Source of the DNA: Elusimicrobiota bacterium
Lineage (GTDB): Bacteria > Elusimicrobiota > Elusimicrobia > UBA1565 > UBA9628
DNA length: 64,000 nt
Direction of reading: 5' to 3'
Assembly: GCA_030696455.1 (NCBI GenBank)
Contig: JAUYSH010000039.1
Span: 379-64,378 of the forward strand
Made by a program: the position numbers and the translations under genes. The notes beneath the pieces are model-generated. The model saw nothing but the letters and a program-made list of their open reading frames with translations, had not been told where the DNA came from and did not search any database. Shown here in pieces: positions 39,157-47,935 of the stretch (positions are counted from its first letter, which is position 1; each line of letters begins with the position of its first letter).

Positions 39157-39450
39157 CTATGTGCTGGGCAGCGTCAACTTGTTCCCTGCAGCGGCCTGGA
39201 GAACCTCCCGCTCGTAGCAGGCGAACACCTTGCTCTCCAGAAGAGCTCTAAATTCGACGGTGATCGGGTGCGCCACGTCCTTGAAGCTGCCGTCGGGCAT
39301 CTTCCGGGACGGCATGCAGAGGATGAGGCCTTTGTCGCTCGCGATCACCTTCATGTTGCGGACCACGAAGACGCGGTCGAACGTGACGGTGGCGAACGCC
39401 TTGAGCTTGTCCTCGTTGCGCAGGTGGACGCGGATTTCCGTGATCTCCAA
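39157..39450 (-). CDS. spoVG: SpoVG-family protein
   Basis: (L)EITEIRVHLRNEDKLKAFATVTFD..FVVRNMKVI....L...MPSRK..DG.F.D..HPI, the SpoVG signature. Probable TTG start at 39450, 3 nt after the ispE stop. Confidence 0.85.
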   Translation of the reverse strand: MEITEIRVHLRNEDKLKAFATVTFDRVFVVRNMKVIASDKGLILCMPSRKMPDGSFKDVAHPITVEFRALLESKVFACYEREVLQAAAGNKLTLPST

Positions 39451-39452
39451 GA

Positions 39453-40343
39453 TTAGCCGTGACAGCTCGTCAAATAGACTTTCCAGGGGTAAGCCTGGAG
39501 CCGCCGGACGACGCGCGCGCCTTCGGCGTGCGAGCCGACAAATCCGTAGACCGAAGAGCCCGAACCCGACATGCGCACCCCCTTCACACCCGCTGACTCC
39601 AGGATGCGTCGGGCTTGTGCGACTTCCTTCATGACCGGCAAATCCGCCTGTTCCAGGCGGTTGAAAAGAAGGCCTCCCCATTCCTCGACGGGACGGCCGC
39701 TTTTCAGACGACGGATGAGTTTACCAAGTTGGGTCAGACGCGTCAATATCTCGCTTCGGCGGCGGGGCGGAACGGCGGTGAACACGGGGCCGGTCGGGGA
39801 CGGAAAACCGGGCCAGACCAAAACCATAAAAGGCAGGGATTTGGCGATATTTATGGGCTTGAGCCTGTCTCCGATGCCCGTGGCGCGGCAAAAATTGGCG
39901 TCCTTGAGGAAAAACGGCACGTCGGCGCCCAGCTTGACGCCGATGTCGTGCAGCTTCTTCTTCTTCGCCGCCGTCAAATTAATCTGCAAAAGCCTCGCTA
40001 ATCCAAGGAGAGTTCCCGCCGCGTCCGAGGACCCCCCGCCCAGGCCGGCGCCCATCGGTATGCGCTTGGTCAGGACGATCTTGACCCCGACCCCGACCCG
40101 GAACTCCCGGTAGAAGGCGCGGGCGGCGCGCAGAACCAGGTTGTCGGGGCCGGCGGACAGGGGCATGGTGCCGAGCTCATCGACGATCTCGAGGGTCGGC
40201 TTGCCGCCGTTGACGACCTCCATGTCGAGCACGTCATAAATATTGATCTTGGCGAACAAGGTGGCCAAGGTGTGGTAGCCGCTTTTGCGCCTTCCGGTGA
40301 CCTCGAGAAACAGGTTCACCTTCGCGGGACATTGCTGCTTCAC
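39453..40343 (-). CDS. ispE: 4-diphosphocytidyl-2-C-methyl-D-erythritol kinase
   Basis: PAKVNLFLEV and GHMP-kinase motif PMGAGLGGGSSDAA. GTG start 40343 overlaps the upstream stop (GTGA). Confidence 0.88.
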   Translation of the reverse strand: MKQQCPAKVNLFLEVTGRRKSGYHTLATLFAKINIYDVLDMEVVNGGKPTLEIVDELGTMPLSAGPDNLVLRAARAFYREFRVGVGVKIVLTKRIPMGAGLGGGSSDAAGTLLGLARLLQINLTAAKKKKLHDIGVKLGADVPFFLKDANFCRATGIGDRLKPINIAKSLPFMVLVWPGFPSPTGPVFTAVPPRRRSEILTRLTQLGKLIRRLKSGRPVEEWGGLLFNRLEQADLPVMKEVAQARRILESAGVKGVRMSGSGSSVYGFVGSHAEGARVVRRLQAYPWKVYLTSCHG

Positions 40344-42457
40344 GGTTGGAATTCCGCTTTCGGCTCGGGGCAACTGATGGCGAGCTGCCAGAAGCGGCCC
40401 TTGGTCTCCATCAGGCGGGGCACCTGCCGCGCGCGCGCGCGCAGGAAGTCCGACAGCGAGACGGTGACGCCGTTGTTCGCGGGGGTGATCGACCGGGCCA
40501 GCCCTTCGCCGAGGTCGATCCTCCAGTCCGGCCGCATCAGGCTCGTGCGGCTCCAGCCCTTGTCCATGCGCGCCGGCCCCGGGGCGAAGGCCTCGCCGGA
40601 CAGCGCGGCCGCGATGCCCGCGAAGGCGCCCTGGGCGGCCTCCTCGACGCGCGCCTGGTCGACGCCGTCCACGGGAAACGGATCCATCGAGAAGCCCCGC
40701 TCGTCGAGGCGCGCGCGCCAGGCGGTCGAGAACATGGGGCCGAGCAGCTCGAAGGAGACCTCGCGCGGGGCGCGGAAGGTGAACAGGGCCTGGCGCGACA
40801 CGTCGTGGCCGGCGATGCGGCCCTTGAGCTCGCACAGGCCGCTCGTCTTCTTGACGCCGCCCTGTACCGCCTCCAGGTGGCGGCGCCACAGCTCGCCCAA
40901 AGCCTCGCTCGACATTCCCTTCTGGAGGGCCTCGGCCCGCTCGCCGGCCTTCGCGCCGCCGAGGGTTTGCGCGAGCCGCCACGCGAGCCACGCCGGCTCG
41001 ATTTCCCCTACGGCCTGATAGGCGTGGGCGAGGTGATCCCAGAGCGCCTCGTCGTCGGCGATCGCGCGCGCCGCCGCCTCGAGCTCGATGACGGCCGGCG
41101 CGAAATTCCCCTGCTTGAACAGCACCCAGCCGAGCGAATCGCGGTACGCGGCGTTGCCCGGCTCGAAGGCCAGCGCGCCGCGGATCAGGGACTCGGCCTC
41201 CGTGAGCTTGAGGCCGCGGTCGGCCAGCGCGTAGCCGAGGTAGTTCAACGCCGGAGCGTCGTCTGACTTGCTCGCGATGAGCGCGCGGAACTCCGTCTCG
41301 GCCTCGGCGATCTTGTCCATCTTCTCGAGAATCGTCGCCAGCTGCCAGCGGGCGTCGCGGTCGTCGGGCTTGAGCGCCAGCACCTCGCGCAGCAGCGCCG
41401 CGGCCTGGGCGCGCTCGCCCAGGTCGTCGTGGCCCAGGGCCAGGTAGTAGGCGATGCGGTCGTCCTTGGGCCAGCGCGCGCGCGCCTCCTTCAAGATGCG
41501 CATCGCCTCCTTGACCCCTCCGGACTGCAACTCGTAGTAGCCCAGGCGCAGATGCAAGGTCGGATCGTCCTTGAGCTCCGCGCTGTCCTTCAGGAAGCCG
41601 GCGGCCGCGCGGAAATCGCCGGCGCGCTCCGCGTCGGAGGCGAGCCAGGCCGCGGCCACGGGGTCGTCCGGGCGCTTCTCCTTGAGCCGCAGGAACTCGG
41701 CGCGGGCCGCCGCCTCGTCGCCGCGCGCGGCCTCGAGCTCGGCGATGTGCGCCCAAAGGCCGTAGTCGTCGGGGATCGAGCTCAGCACCTTGCGGTACTC
41801 GTTGATGGCCGCCTCGGTGTCGCGCGAGATCTCGTAGACCTGCCCCAAGGTCAGGCGCACCGGGTCGGACTCGGCCTCGTCGAGGGAGATCGAGCGCCGG
41901 AGGCGTTCGATCGCCGACTTGTACCTCGACTCCTGGGCGTCGAGCTTGGCCAGCTCGTGGAGCACGCGCGCCGCGTGGTCGGGGTTGGCGGCGAGAAAGC
42001 GCTCGAGCAGCGCACGCGCGCGCTTGGGGTCCTTCGGCGCGATCAGCTCGGTCAGCGCCATGATCGCGTCGATGGCCGCGCCGTCGAGCTTCAACGCCGC
42101 TTCGAACGCCGCGATGGCCTCCTCCTCCTGGCCCCGCGACCAGAACACGCGGGCGAGGATCATCATCGACTTGCCGTCGGTGGGCGCCAGCTCCAGCCGG
42201 CGGCGCGCCCATTTTTCAGCGCGCGCCCAATCCTCCACCTCGAGCGCCAGGTCCGCGGCCTCCCCGGCCAAGAACGCCGACTCGGGATCGAGCGCCAGCG
42301 CCTTTTCATACGCCGCGAGGGCCTCGGCGTACGCCCCGCGCCGCTCGAGCAAGGTCCCGCGCAGGTATTCCCGTTGGGCCCCCGCCGTCGAGCCCGAGCC
42401 TCCGGACGAGGAGGCCGCGGCCGGCGCGGCGAGGAGAAGCGCTAGGAGCAGGTTCAA
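40340..42457 (-). CDS. secreted TPR-repeat protein with LolB/DUF4292-like C-terminal domain
   Basis: Signal peptide MNLLLALLLAAPAAASS, about 10 TPR-like repeats, then a C-terminal ~200-aa beta-rich domain. Occupies the lolB position upstream of ispE. Confidence 0.6.
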   Translation of the reverse strand: MNLLLALLLAAPAAASSSGGSGSTAGAQREYLRGTLLERRGAYAEALAAYEKALALDPESAFLAGEAADLALEVEDWARAEKWARRRLELAPTDGKSMMILARVFWSRGQEEEAIAAFEAALKLDGAAIDAIMALTELIAPKDPKRARALLERFLAANPDHAARVLHELAKLDAQESRYKSAIERLRRSISLDEAESDPVRLTLGQVYEISRDTEAAINEYRKVLSSIPDDYGLWAHIAELEAARGDEAAARAEFLRLKEKRPDDPVAAAWLASDAERAGDFRAAAGFLKDSAELKDDPTLHLRLGYYELQSGGVKEAMRILKEARARWPKDDRIAYYLALGHDDLGERAQAAALLREVLALKPDDRDARWQLATILEKMDKIAEAETEFRALIASKSDDAPALNYLGYALADRGLKLTEAESLIRGALAFEPGNAAYRDSLGWVLFKQGNFAPAVIELEAAARAIADDEALWDHLAHAYQAVGEIEPAWLAWRLAQTLGGAKAGERAEALQKGMSSEALGELWRRHLEAVQGGVKKTSGLCELKGRIAGHDVSRQALFTFRAPREVSFELLGPMFSTAWRARLDERGFSMDPFPVDGVDQARVEEAAQGAFAGIAAALSGEAFAPGPARMDKGWSRTSLMRPDWRIDLGEGLARSITPANNGVTVSLSDFLRARARQVPRLMETKGRFWQLAISCPEPKAEFQP

Positions 42458-42879
42458 GGGATGTCGAGGTCCAGCAGGACGGCGTCGGAGCCATCATAGT
42501 AAAACTTCGGCCGCCGCCCGACAACGACGGCCCCGGCCTTTTGATAGAACGCCAGCGCGCGCGCGTTCGCCGCCGACGCCTCGAAAGAAATCCTCCGGCA
42601 GCCCCGGGCCTTCGCGGCCTGCTTCAGCGCCGCGAGCAGCGCCCGCCCGCAGCCCCCGCCGTCGAAAGCCGCCGCGAGGTCGAGCAGGAGGCAGTCGTCC
42701 CCCGCCGCGCGCGCCAGCGCGTAGCCGCGCTCCGGCGCGACGAGGAAGATCGAGTCCGCCCGCTCAAGCTCCGCCGCGAGAGCCTCCTGGCTCCAGCCCG
42801 CGGCGAAAGGCCGCGCGCCGACGCCGGCGACCATGCCCAGGTCCTGCGCCGTCGCGGGCCTAACCTCGAGGCCGCTCAT
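42454..42879 (-). CDS. rimI: GNAT acetyltransferase (RimI-like)
   Basis: GNAT core (..GCGRALLAALKQAAKARG..ISFEASAANARALAFYQKAGA). Synteny with tsaB/tsaE. Confidence 0.7.
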   Translation of the reverse strand: MSGLEVRPATAQDLGMVAGVGARPFAAGWSQEALAAELERADSIFLVAPERGYALARAAGDDCLLLDLAAAFDGGGCGRALLAALKQAAKARGCRRISFEASAANARALAFYQKAGAVVVGRRPKFYYDGSDAVLLDLDIP

Positions 42880-43444
42880 AGCTCGCCGGCTTGAGGTAAA
42901 AAGGCTTGAAGGGCGGGATCTTCCCCGAGGCCAGCGCCGCCGCCGCGACGGGCAGCAGGTCGGCCGCGGTGGTCTCTCCGAAGGACACCTCGAGGCCTCT
43001 CTTCTCGGCGGCCGCGCGAAAGGCGGGCCATTCCCCGGGCGGCGTCCACGCCGCCGTCCCCGCGGCCTTGCCCTTCCGGTAGGCCTGGGAGTACACCTCG
43101 TCCTTCCAGCCCGGGAGCGCCCCCAAAACCCGGCCGGCTTTCGACTTCCCCGCCGCGGCCGCCAGGCGGCTGATCGCGAGCGCGGGTATGTTCAGTTGGA
43201 ACCCCGCCGCAGCCGCGAAGGACATGCCGACGCGTATGCCCGTGAAGCGCCCCGGCCCCGAGGCTGCGGCGACCGCGTCCAGATCCTTCCAGGCGAGCCC
43301 GGCCTTCCTCAATAAGCGTTCGATGAGGGGCAGCAAGGCGTCGTCGTGCTTCTTGGAGGCCCGGCGCAGCTCGTGGCCCCCGACGGCGACGCTCAGTACC
43401 TCGCCCGTGGCGTCCACCGCCAGGATGACCTTGTCTTTAGGCAC
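42860..43444 (-). CDS. tsaB: tRNA t6A37 biosynthesis protein TsaB
   Basis: ILAVDATGEVLSVAV..., GPGRFTGIRVG motif. Confidence 0.8.
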   Translation of the reverse strand: MPKDKVILAVDATGEVLSVAVGGHELRRASKKHDDALLPLIERLLRKAGLAWKDLDAVAAASGPGRFTGIRVGMSFAAAAGFQLNIPALAISRLAAAAGKSKAGRVLGALPGWKDEVYSQAYRKGKAAGTAAWTPPGEWPAFRAAAEKRGLEVSFGETTAADLLPVAAAALASGKIPPFKPFYLKPASYERPRG

Positions 43445-43889
43445 GCGCAGATTCTAGGACTTTACGAGCCGCCGGTCCCGTCGCCTTGAGCGAGGCCCGC
43501 CGTCCCGGCGGCGCGTGCGCCAAGGTGATCTCGAGGCGGTCCTTGGGCCAGCGCCCGCCCGCCGCCGCCGGCCACTCCACGACCACCGCCGCGCGCGGGT
43601 CTTCCAGCAGCTCCTCGATGCCCACCTCCAGCTCCTCTCCCCGGGCGAGGCGGTAGAGATCCAGGTGATGCACCGTCAGACGCTTGCCGCGATAGACGTG
43701 CGCCAGCGCGAACGTCGGGCTCGACACCCGTCCCTTGAATCCCGCGCCGCGGGCCAGCCCGCGCGCGAGCGTCGTCTTCCCCGCGCCCAGCTCCCCGCGC
43801 AGCAGCACCACCGCCCCGGCGCGAAGCCCGCGTCCCAGGCGGGCGCCAAGCTTAATGGTCTCCTCCTCCGAGGTCAGCTTCAGGAGCAC
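43437..43889 (-). CDS. tsaE: tRNA t6A37 biosynthesis ATPase TsaE
   Basis: LRGELGAGKTTLARGLARG, SPTFAL...Y, HLDLYRL motifs. Confidence 0.88.
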   Translation of the reverse strand: MLLKLTSEEETIKLGARLGRGLRAGAVVLLRGELGAGKTTLARGLARGAGFKGRVSSPTFALAHVYRGKRLTVHHLDLYRLARGEELEVGIEELLEDPRAAVVVEWPAAAGGRWPKDRLEITLAHAPPGRRASLKATGPAARKVLESARA

Positions 43890-44800
43890 AGGGCTTTAAA
43901 CGCGTGCGGCAGGTAGCCGTCCAGGTCGTCGGAGGTCACGGCCCACGGGGTGAGCTCCTTCTCCGCCGCGTCCCCGGCCGCGCCGTGCAGCCAGGCGCCG
44001 AGCGCCGCCGCCTTGAAAGGCAGGTCCCCCGCCGTCCGCTCGGAGGCGAGCATCTGCGCCCAAAGGCCGGCGATGAGCCCGGTCAGCACGTCGCCCGTGC
44101 CGCCCTTGGCCAGCCCCGGCCCGCCGGTGGGATTGATGACCATACGCGCGCCCGAGCAGATCAAGGTCTTGCGCCCCTTGAGCAAAACCACCCCGCCGAG
44201 CTTGCGCGCCAGCTTCTCCGCGCACTTTTCGCGCTGCGCGCTCACCTCGCTCCTCTTCATCCCGAGCAGACGCGCGGCCTCCGCCGGGTGCGGCGTGTAC
44301 ACGCACGGCTGCTTGCGCGCGCGCAGCATCTGCTCCACACCGTCGCTGTCCTGCTGGGCCAAGGTGTTGAGCGCGTCGGCGTCCACGACGGCCGCGGCCG
44401 ACACGCCCGACAGCGCCAGCAGCACGAAGCGCGCCGCGTCCGCGTGCGTGGTCATGCCCGGACCGATGGCCATCGTCGTCACGCGCCGCTCCTTCGCGTA
44501 CTCCTTCAAGCGGTCGATCCCCTCGGGCCGGAACGTCCCCGCCGGGTTCTCCGGCAGCGCCAGGCTCATCGCCGAGGGCACGGCCCCGGCGACCGTCGCC
44601 GCGATGCCCGCCGGGACCGCCGCGGTCACCAGGCCCGCGCCGGACCTCAGCGCGCCGCGCGCGGCGAGTATGGCCGCCCCCGCCATCCCGCGTGAGCCGG
44701 CGACGACGAGCACATGCCCGAACGTTCCTTTATGATCTCCGGGCTCGCGCGCGACCAGCCCCTCGCGCAGCTCCGCCTTGCCCAGCGGCTTGGCGCTCAC
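43880..44800 (-). CDS. nnrD: ADP-dependent NAD(P)H-hydrate dehydratase (YjeF C-terminal type)
   Basis: HKGTFGHVLVVAGSRGMAGAAILAARGALRSGAGLV, GPGL, GGTGDVLTG. GTG 44800 overlaps the HNH gene stop (GTGA). Confidence 0.8.
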   Translation of the reverse strand: MSAKPLGKAELREGLVAREPGDHKGTFGHVLVVAGSRGMAGAAILAARGALRSGAGLVTAAVPAGIAATVAGAVPSAMSLALPENPAGTFRPEGIDRLKEYAKERRVTTMAIGPGMTTHADAARFVLLALSGVSAAAVVDADALNTLAQQDSDGVEQMLRARKQPCVYTPHPAEAARLLGMKRSEVSAQREKCAEKLARKLGGVVLLKGRKTLICSGARMVINPTGGPGLAKGGTGDVLTGLIAGLWAQMLASERTAGDLPFKAAALGAWLHGAAGDAAEKELTPWAVTSDDLDGYLPHAFKALCS

Positions 44801-45384
44801 GCGGCCTTCGGCGCTTGCGACGCCAGGAGCTTCTTCCAGCTTTCGGGGATGTGGGCGCGCGGATGCGGCACCAGGCTGCCGAGCAAGGTCCACCGCGGCC
44901 GCTCGGGCCGGCTCTTGAGCGGCATCCCCGCCTCATCCGGCAGGCGGTCGGCCTTCTTCAAGTTGCACGGCCGGCAGGAGGTCACGATGTTGGTCCACTC
45001 GTTGGACCCGTCGCGCGAGCGCGGGATCACATGGTCGAGATCGAGCTCGTCGCTGGGCTTGCGCTTGCCGCAGTACGCGCACTTGTACCGGTCGCGCGCG
45101 AAGACGTTGTGGCGCGTGAACGCCACCTCGCGATGAGGGATGCGGTCGTAGCGCACGAGCCGGATCACCTCGGGCACCGCGAAGCGCATCGTCGGCGAGG
45201 ACACGAACCCGCCCGGCAGCTCCACCCAGTTCGACGAGGCGGCGACCCAGGCCTCGAAATCGTAGGGGATCAGGTCCTCGTCGAGCGCCTCGGCCAACCC
45301 CATATAAACGAGCGTGATCGCGCGCCGCCAATCGGCGACGGCGACCGCCCTGAAGCTCCTGTTCAGCACGAGGGTCCGGCTCAT
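44797..45384 (-). CDS. HNH endonuclease-family protein
   Basis: CAYCGK.....LDLDHVIPRSRDG...W.N.VTSCRPCN.KK, the HNH motif. High GC and translational coupling to nnrD suggest a core gene. Confidence 0.8.
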   Translation of the reverse strand: MSRTLVLNRSFRAVAVADWRRAITLVYMGLAEALDEDLIPYDFEAWVAASSNWVELPGGFVSSPTMRFAVPEVIRLVRYDRIPHREVAFTRHNVFARDRYKCAYCGKRKPSDELDLDHVIPRSRDGSNEWTNIVTSCRPCNLKKADRLPDEAGMPLKSRPERPRWTLLGSLVPHPRAHIPESWKKLLASQAPKAA

Positions 45385-45471
45385 ATCCTAATAGCCTAAC
45401 AGGCAAATAAGGGGAAATCAACGCCCCCGAGGGAACTTTTCGCTCCCCAATTCGACCGTCAGCGGACAGTG

Positions 45472-45500
45472 TTGACAATAGGCACACATCGTGATACCCT
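45472..45500 (+). promoter_or_regulatory. putative promoter TTGACA-17-TACCCT
   Basis: -35 at 45472-45477, -10 at 45495-45500, 11 nt before the ATG at 45512. Confidence 0.5.
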
Positions 45501-45511
45501 CGTAACGGGCA

Positions 45512-45829
45512 ATGACCATGGCCAAGAAAAAAAATCCCTTCAAGAACCTCAAGCTCGATCCCGAGGAAAAGGAACTGCTCCGCTCGCTCGACGCGGGCGA
45601 GTGGAAGCTCGTGGACAATCAAGAGGCAGAGCGCAAGCGCTATCAGTCCTATGCCCGCTACACGCTCAAAAAGCTCAACAAAAATCGGCGGGTGAACATT
45701 CGCCTGAACGAAATGGATCTCAGCGCCCTGCGCCGCAAGGCGCACGAGGAAGGCCTGCCGTATCAAAGCCTCATGGCCAGCGTCCTCCACAAGTACGTGA
45801 CCGGCCGCCTCGTCGAGAAACGGCCCTAG
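45512..45829 (+). CDS. BrnA/CopG-like ribbon-helix-helix antitoxin homologue (no adjacent toxin gene)
   Basis: Paralogous to the brnA at 48190-48438. Shared pattern L..EE......L..GE(W/Y)..V....E.........K...(V/L)NIR(L/V)N..DL....(R/K)KA...G(L/I)PYQ(S/T)L....LH(K/H)Y. Confidence 0.65.
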   Translation: MTMAKKKNPFKNLKLDPEEKELLRSLDAGEWKLVDNQEAERKRYQSYARYTLKKLNKNRRVNIRLNEMDLSALRRKAHEEGLPYQSLMASVLHKYVTGRLVEKRP

Positions 45830-45867
45830 CAAGGGAACTTTTCGCCCCCCTCATTCGTATGGTAAGT

Positions 45868-47091
45868 ATGAACCATACGAACGCCATCCACGTCCGCCCC
45901 GGCGAATCGGGGCGCCTCATCGTCGTTCTTCCCTATTCCTCCGAAAGGGTGGCGAAGATCAAGACCGTCCCCGGCCGCCTTTGGCACGGGCCGGAGAAGT
46001 ACTGGTCCGTGCCGTTCGACCCGGAGGCCGCCGCCCGCCTTCAAACGCTCTTCAAGGGCGACCGCCTCGAGCTCGACGCCTCGCTTCGCCCTGGAGCGGC
46101 CGTACTGAGCCCAGCCTCGGACGCGCTCGTGGAAAGGGTCCGCGCCGCCGTCCGCGCCCGCCACTTCAGCCCCCGAACGGGAGAGATCTATGCGGGCTGG
46201 ATCCGCCGTTTTCTCGCCCAAGCGGGCCCCGCACCGGAAAAGCTCGGCGAAGTCGAGATCGGCCGGTTTCTCTCCTCCTTGGCCACCGACGCCCACGTGA
46301 GCGCCTCGACGCAGAACCAAGCCCTCCACTCGATCCTCTTCTTCTACGAACATGTGCTCGGCATGGATATCGCGCGGCTGGACGGGGTCGTCCGGGCCAA
46401 GCGGGCCGTCAGAGTCCCGGTCGTTCTCAGCCGCCACGAGGTCCTCGCCGTGCTCAACTGCATGTCCGGCACTCCGCGCCTCATGGCGACACTTCTCTAC
46501 GGCGCGGGCCTGCGCGTGCTCGAGTGCTGCCATCTGAGGGTCAAGGACATCGACTTCGACCAGAACCAACTCGTCGTTCGCGCCGGCAAGGGCAACAAAG
46601 ACCGGTGCACGCCTCTTCCCGCCTCCAGCGTCGCGCCGCTGCGCCTGCACCTGGACGCCGTGCGCCGCCAGCACCAGGAAGACCTCCAAAAAGGCCTCGG
46701 CTGCGTCGAGCTTCCCGACGCGCTCTCGCGCAAGTATCCCAACGCCCCCAAGGAGTGGGGCTGGCAATGGGTGTTTCCCGCCACCAGCCATTACACCGAC
46801 CGCCTGACCGGCCAAAGGCGCCGCCACCATCTACATGAATCCGTTCTGCAGCGCGCCTTCAAGGTCGCCCGCCTCAAGGCGGATCTCTCCAAGCCCGCGA
46901 GCTGCCACACCCTGCGGCACTCCTTCGCCACCCACCTCCTCGAGGATGGCTACGACATCCGAACCATCCAGGAATTGCTGGGCCACAACGACGTCAGCAC
47001 GACCATGATTTACACCCACGTCCTCAACCGGGGCGGCCGCGGCGTCCAAAGCCCGGCGGATCGCCTGGGCCTTGACGGGAGCCGGGCATGA
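45868..47091 (+). CDS. intI: integron integrase (tyrosine recombinase, IntI)
   Basis: Catalytic R/HxxR/Y context ([33 protein letters not shown]). IntI-specific insertion [47 protein letters not shown]. An alternative ATG lies at 45859. Confidence 0.9.
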   Translation: MNHTNAIHVRPGESGRLIVVLPYSSERVAKIKTVPGRLWHGPEKYWSVPFDPEAAARLQTLFKGDRLELDASLRPGAAVLSPASDALVERVRAAVRARHFSPRTGEIYAGWIRRFLAQAGPAPEKLGEVEIGRFLSSLATDAHVSASTQNQALHSILFFYEHVLGMDIARLDGVVRAKRAVRVPVVLSRHEVLAVLNCMSGTPRLMATLLYGAGLRVLECCHLRVKDIDFDQNQLVVRAGKGNKDRCTPLPASSVAPLRLHLDAVRRQHQEDLQKGLGCVELPDALSRKYPNAPKEWGWQWVFPATSHYTDRLTGQRRRHHLHESVLQRAFKVARLKADLSKPASCHTLRHSFATHLLEDGYDIRTIQELLGHNDVSTTMIYTHVLNRGGRGVQSPADRLGLDGSRA

Positions 47092-47129
47092 TGTATACTC
47101 ATTGTAGATACATACCGGAGCTTGATGCC

Positions 47130-47372
47130 ATGAACGCGACCGTCCAAAAATGGGGCAACAGCCTGGCCCTTCGCATACCGAGCTCCGTCGCCAAGGATAT
47201 TCGATTGCGCCAAGGATCTCCCGTCGAGGTCGTCGTCGAGAACGGACGCATGATCGTCAAGCCGACGAAAAAGCGCAAACCGTCTCTTTCCCTCCTCCTC
47301 AAAAACATAACGAAAGATAATCGCCATGCCGAGCAGGGCTGGGGCGCGCCCATCGGCAAGGAAGCCTGGTAA
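47130..47372 (+). CDS. mazE: MazE/AbrB-SpoVT-family antitoxin
   Basis: [30 protein letters not shown], the SpoVT/AbrB swapped-hairpin motif. TAATG overlap with mazF. Confidence 0.85.
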   Translation: MNATVQKWGNSLALRIPSSVAKDIRLRQGSPVEVVVENGRMIVKPTKKRKPSLSLLLKNITKDNRHAEQGWGAPIGKEAW

Positions 47373-47704
47373 TGGCCTACTGCCCGAAGCAGGGCGACGT
47401 AGTCTGGCTCTCGTTCAACCCCCAGGCGGGGCATGAACAGGCCGGGGTTCGACCCGCCCTGACGCTTTCTCCCGAGTCGTACAATCGCAAGGCGGGGCTG
47501 GCGCTCTTCTGCCCGATCACGACCCAGGCCAAAGGCTACCCGTTCGAGGTCCCCCTGCCGGCCGGGCTCAAGGCGTCCGGCGTCGTGCTTTCGGATCAGG
47601 TGAGGAGCCTCGATTGGCAGGCTCGGAATGCCCGGTTTTCATGCAGGGTGCCTGCGGGTGTGCTTGCCGACGTGCAGAGCCTGCTCGAAGTCCTCCTAAG
47701 CTGA
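47372..47704 (+). CDS. mazF: MazF/PemK-family endoribonuclease toxin
   Basis: P.QGDVVWLSFNPQAGHEQAG.RPAL.LSP..YN...GL...CPITT..KGYPFEV.L.....G.VL.DQV.S.DW, the MazF pattern. Confidence 0.85.
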   Translation: MAYCPKQGDVVWLSFNPQAGHEQAGVRPALTLSPESYNRKAGLALFCPITTQAKGYPFEVPLPAGLKASGVVLSDQVRSLDWQARNARFSCRVPAGVLADVQSLLEVLLS

Positions 47705-47828
47705 CCCCCCGCCCGCGCTAGCCTGACCCCGCCTGCAAGGTTTGCCGATTTCTATATTCCGCCACAAACCTGGCATACCCCTTGTTTTCCAATTACAATC
47801 CGACAATACTGACTATTCAGGTCACTTT

Positions 47829-47859
47829 GTTAGCCTGACCAATCTAATAGTAGTTAGAC
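47829..47859 (+). other. putative attI core (two GTTAGNC boxes; crossover box GTTAGAC at 47853-47859)
   Basis: GTTAGCC (47829-47835) and GTTAGAC (47853-47859). The latter is the exact reverse complement of the R'' box GTCTAAC that opens the first attC (48447). The extent of attI to the left is unknown. Confidence 0.5.
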
Positions 47860-47895
47860 GTCCTATATGCGCAAACGAACGGCATTTAGAACCCC

Positions 47896-47924
47896 TTGAC
47901 TTGTATATACATTTGAATTACACT
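47896..47924 (+). promoter_or_regulatory. putative cassette-internal promoter TTGACT-17-TACACT for brnTA
   Basis: -35 at 47896-47901, -10 at 47919-47924, ATG at 47936. Confidence 0.55.
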
Positions 47925-47935
47925 AAATAAGGATC

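Noticed and set aside
39453-42212. 919-aa minus-strand ORF.
   Set aside because: Only its last 296 codons (39453-40343, IspE) look like protein. The upstream part is an Arg/Gly/Pro-rich out-of-frame read-through of the TPR gene, which is encoded in another frame (40340-42457).
45394-45400. GCCTAAC (GTTAGGC on the minus strand) immediately upstream of the HNH gene start. Possibly a classical divergent attI, with the HNH gene as a cassette.
   Set aside because: The HNH gene has core-genome GC content, lacks any attC and is translationally coupled (GTGA) to nnrD-tsaE-tsaB-rimI. A single 7-mer match is weak evidence. Kept only as a possible secondary site.
47130-47704. mazEF as the first integron cassette.
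   Set aside because: There is no GTTRRRY box between intI and mazE, and no RYYYAAC/attC-like palindrome after mazF. The first crossover box is at 47853. I therefore treat it as part of the platform (see findings).
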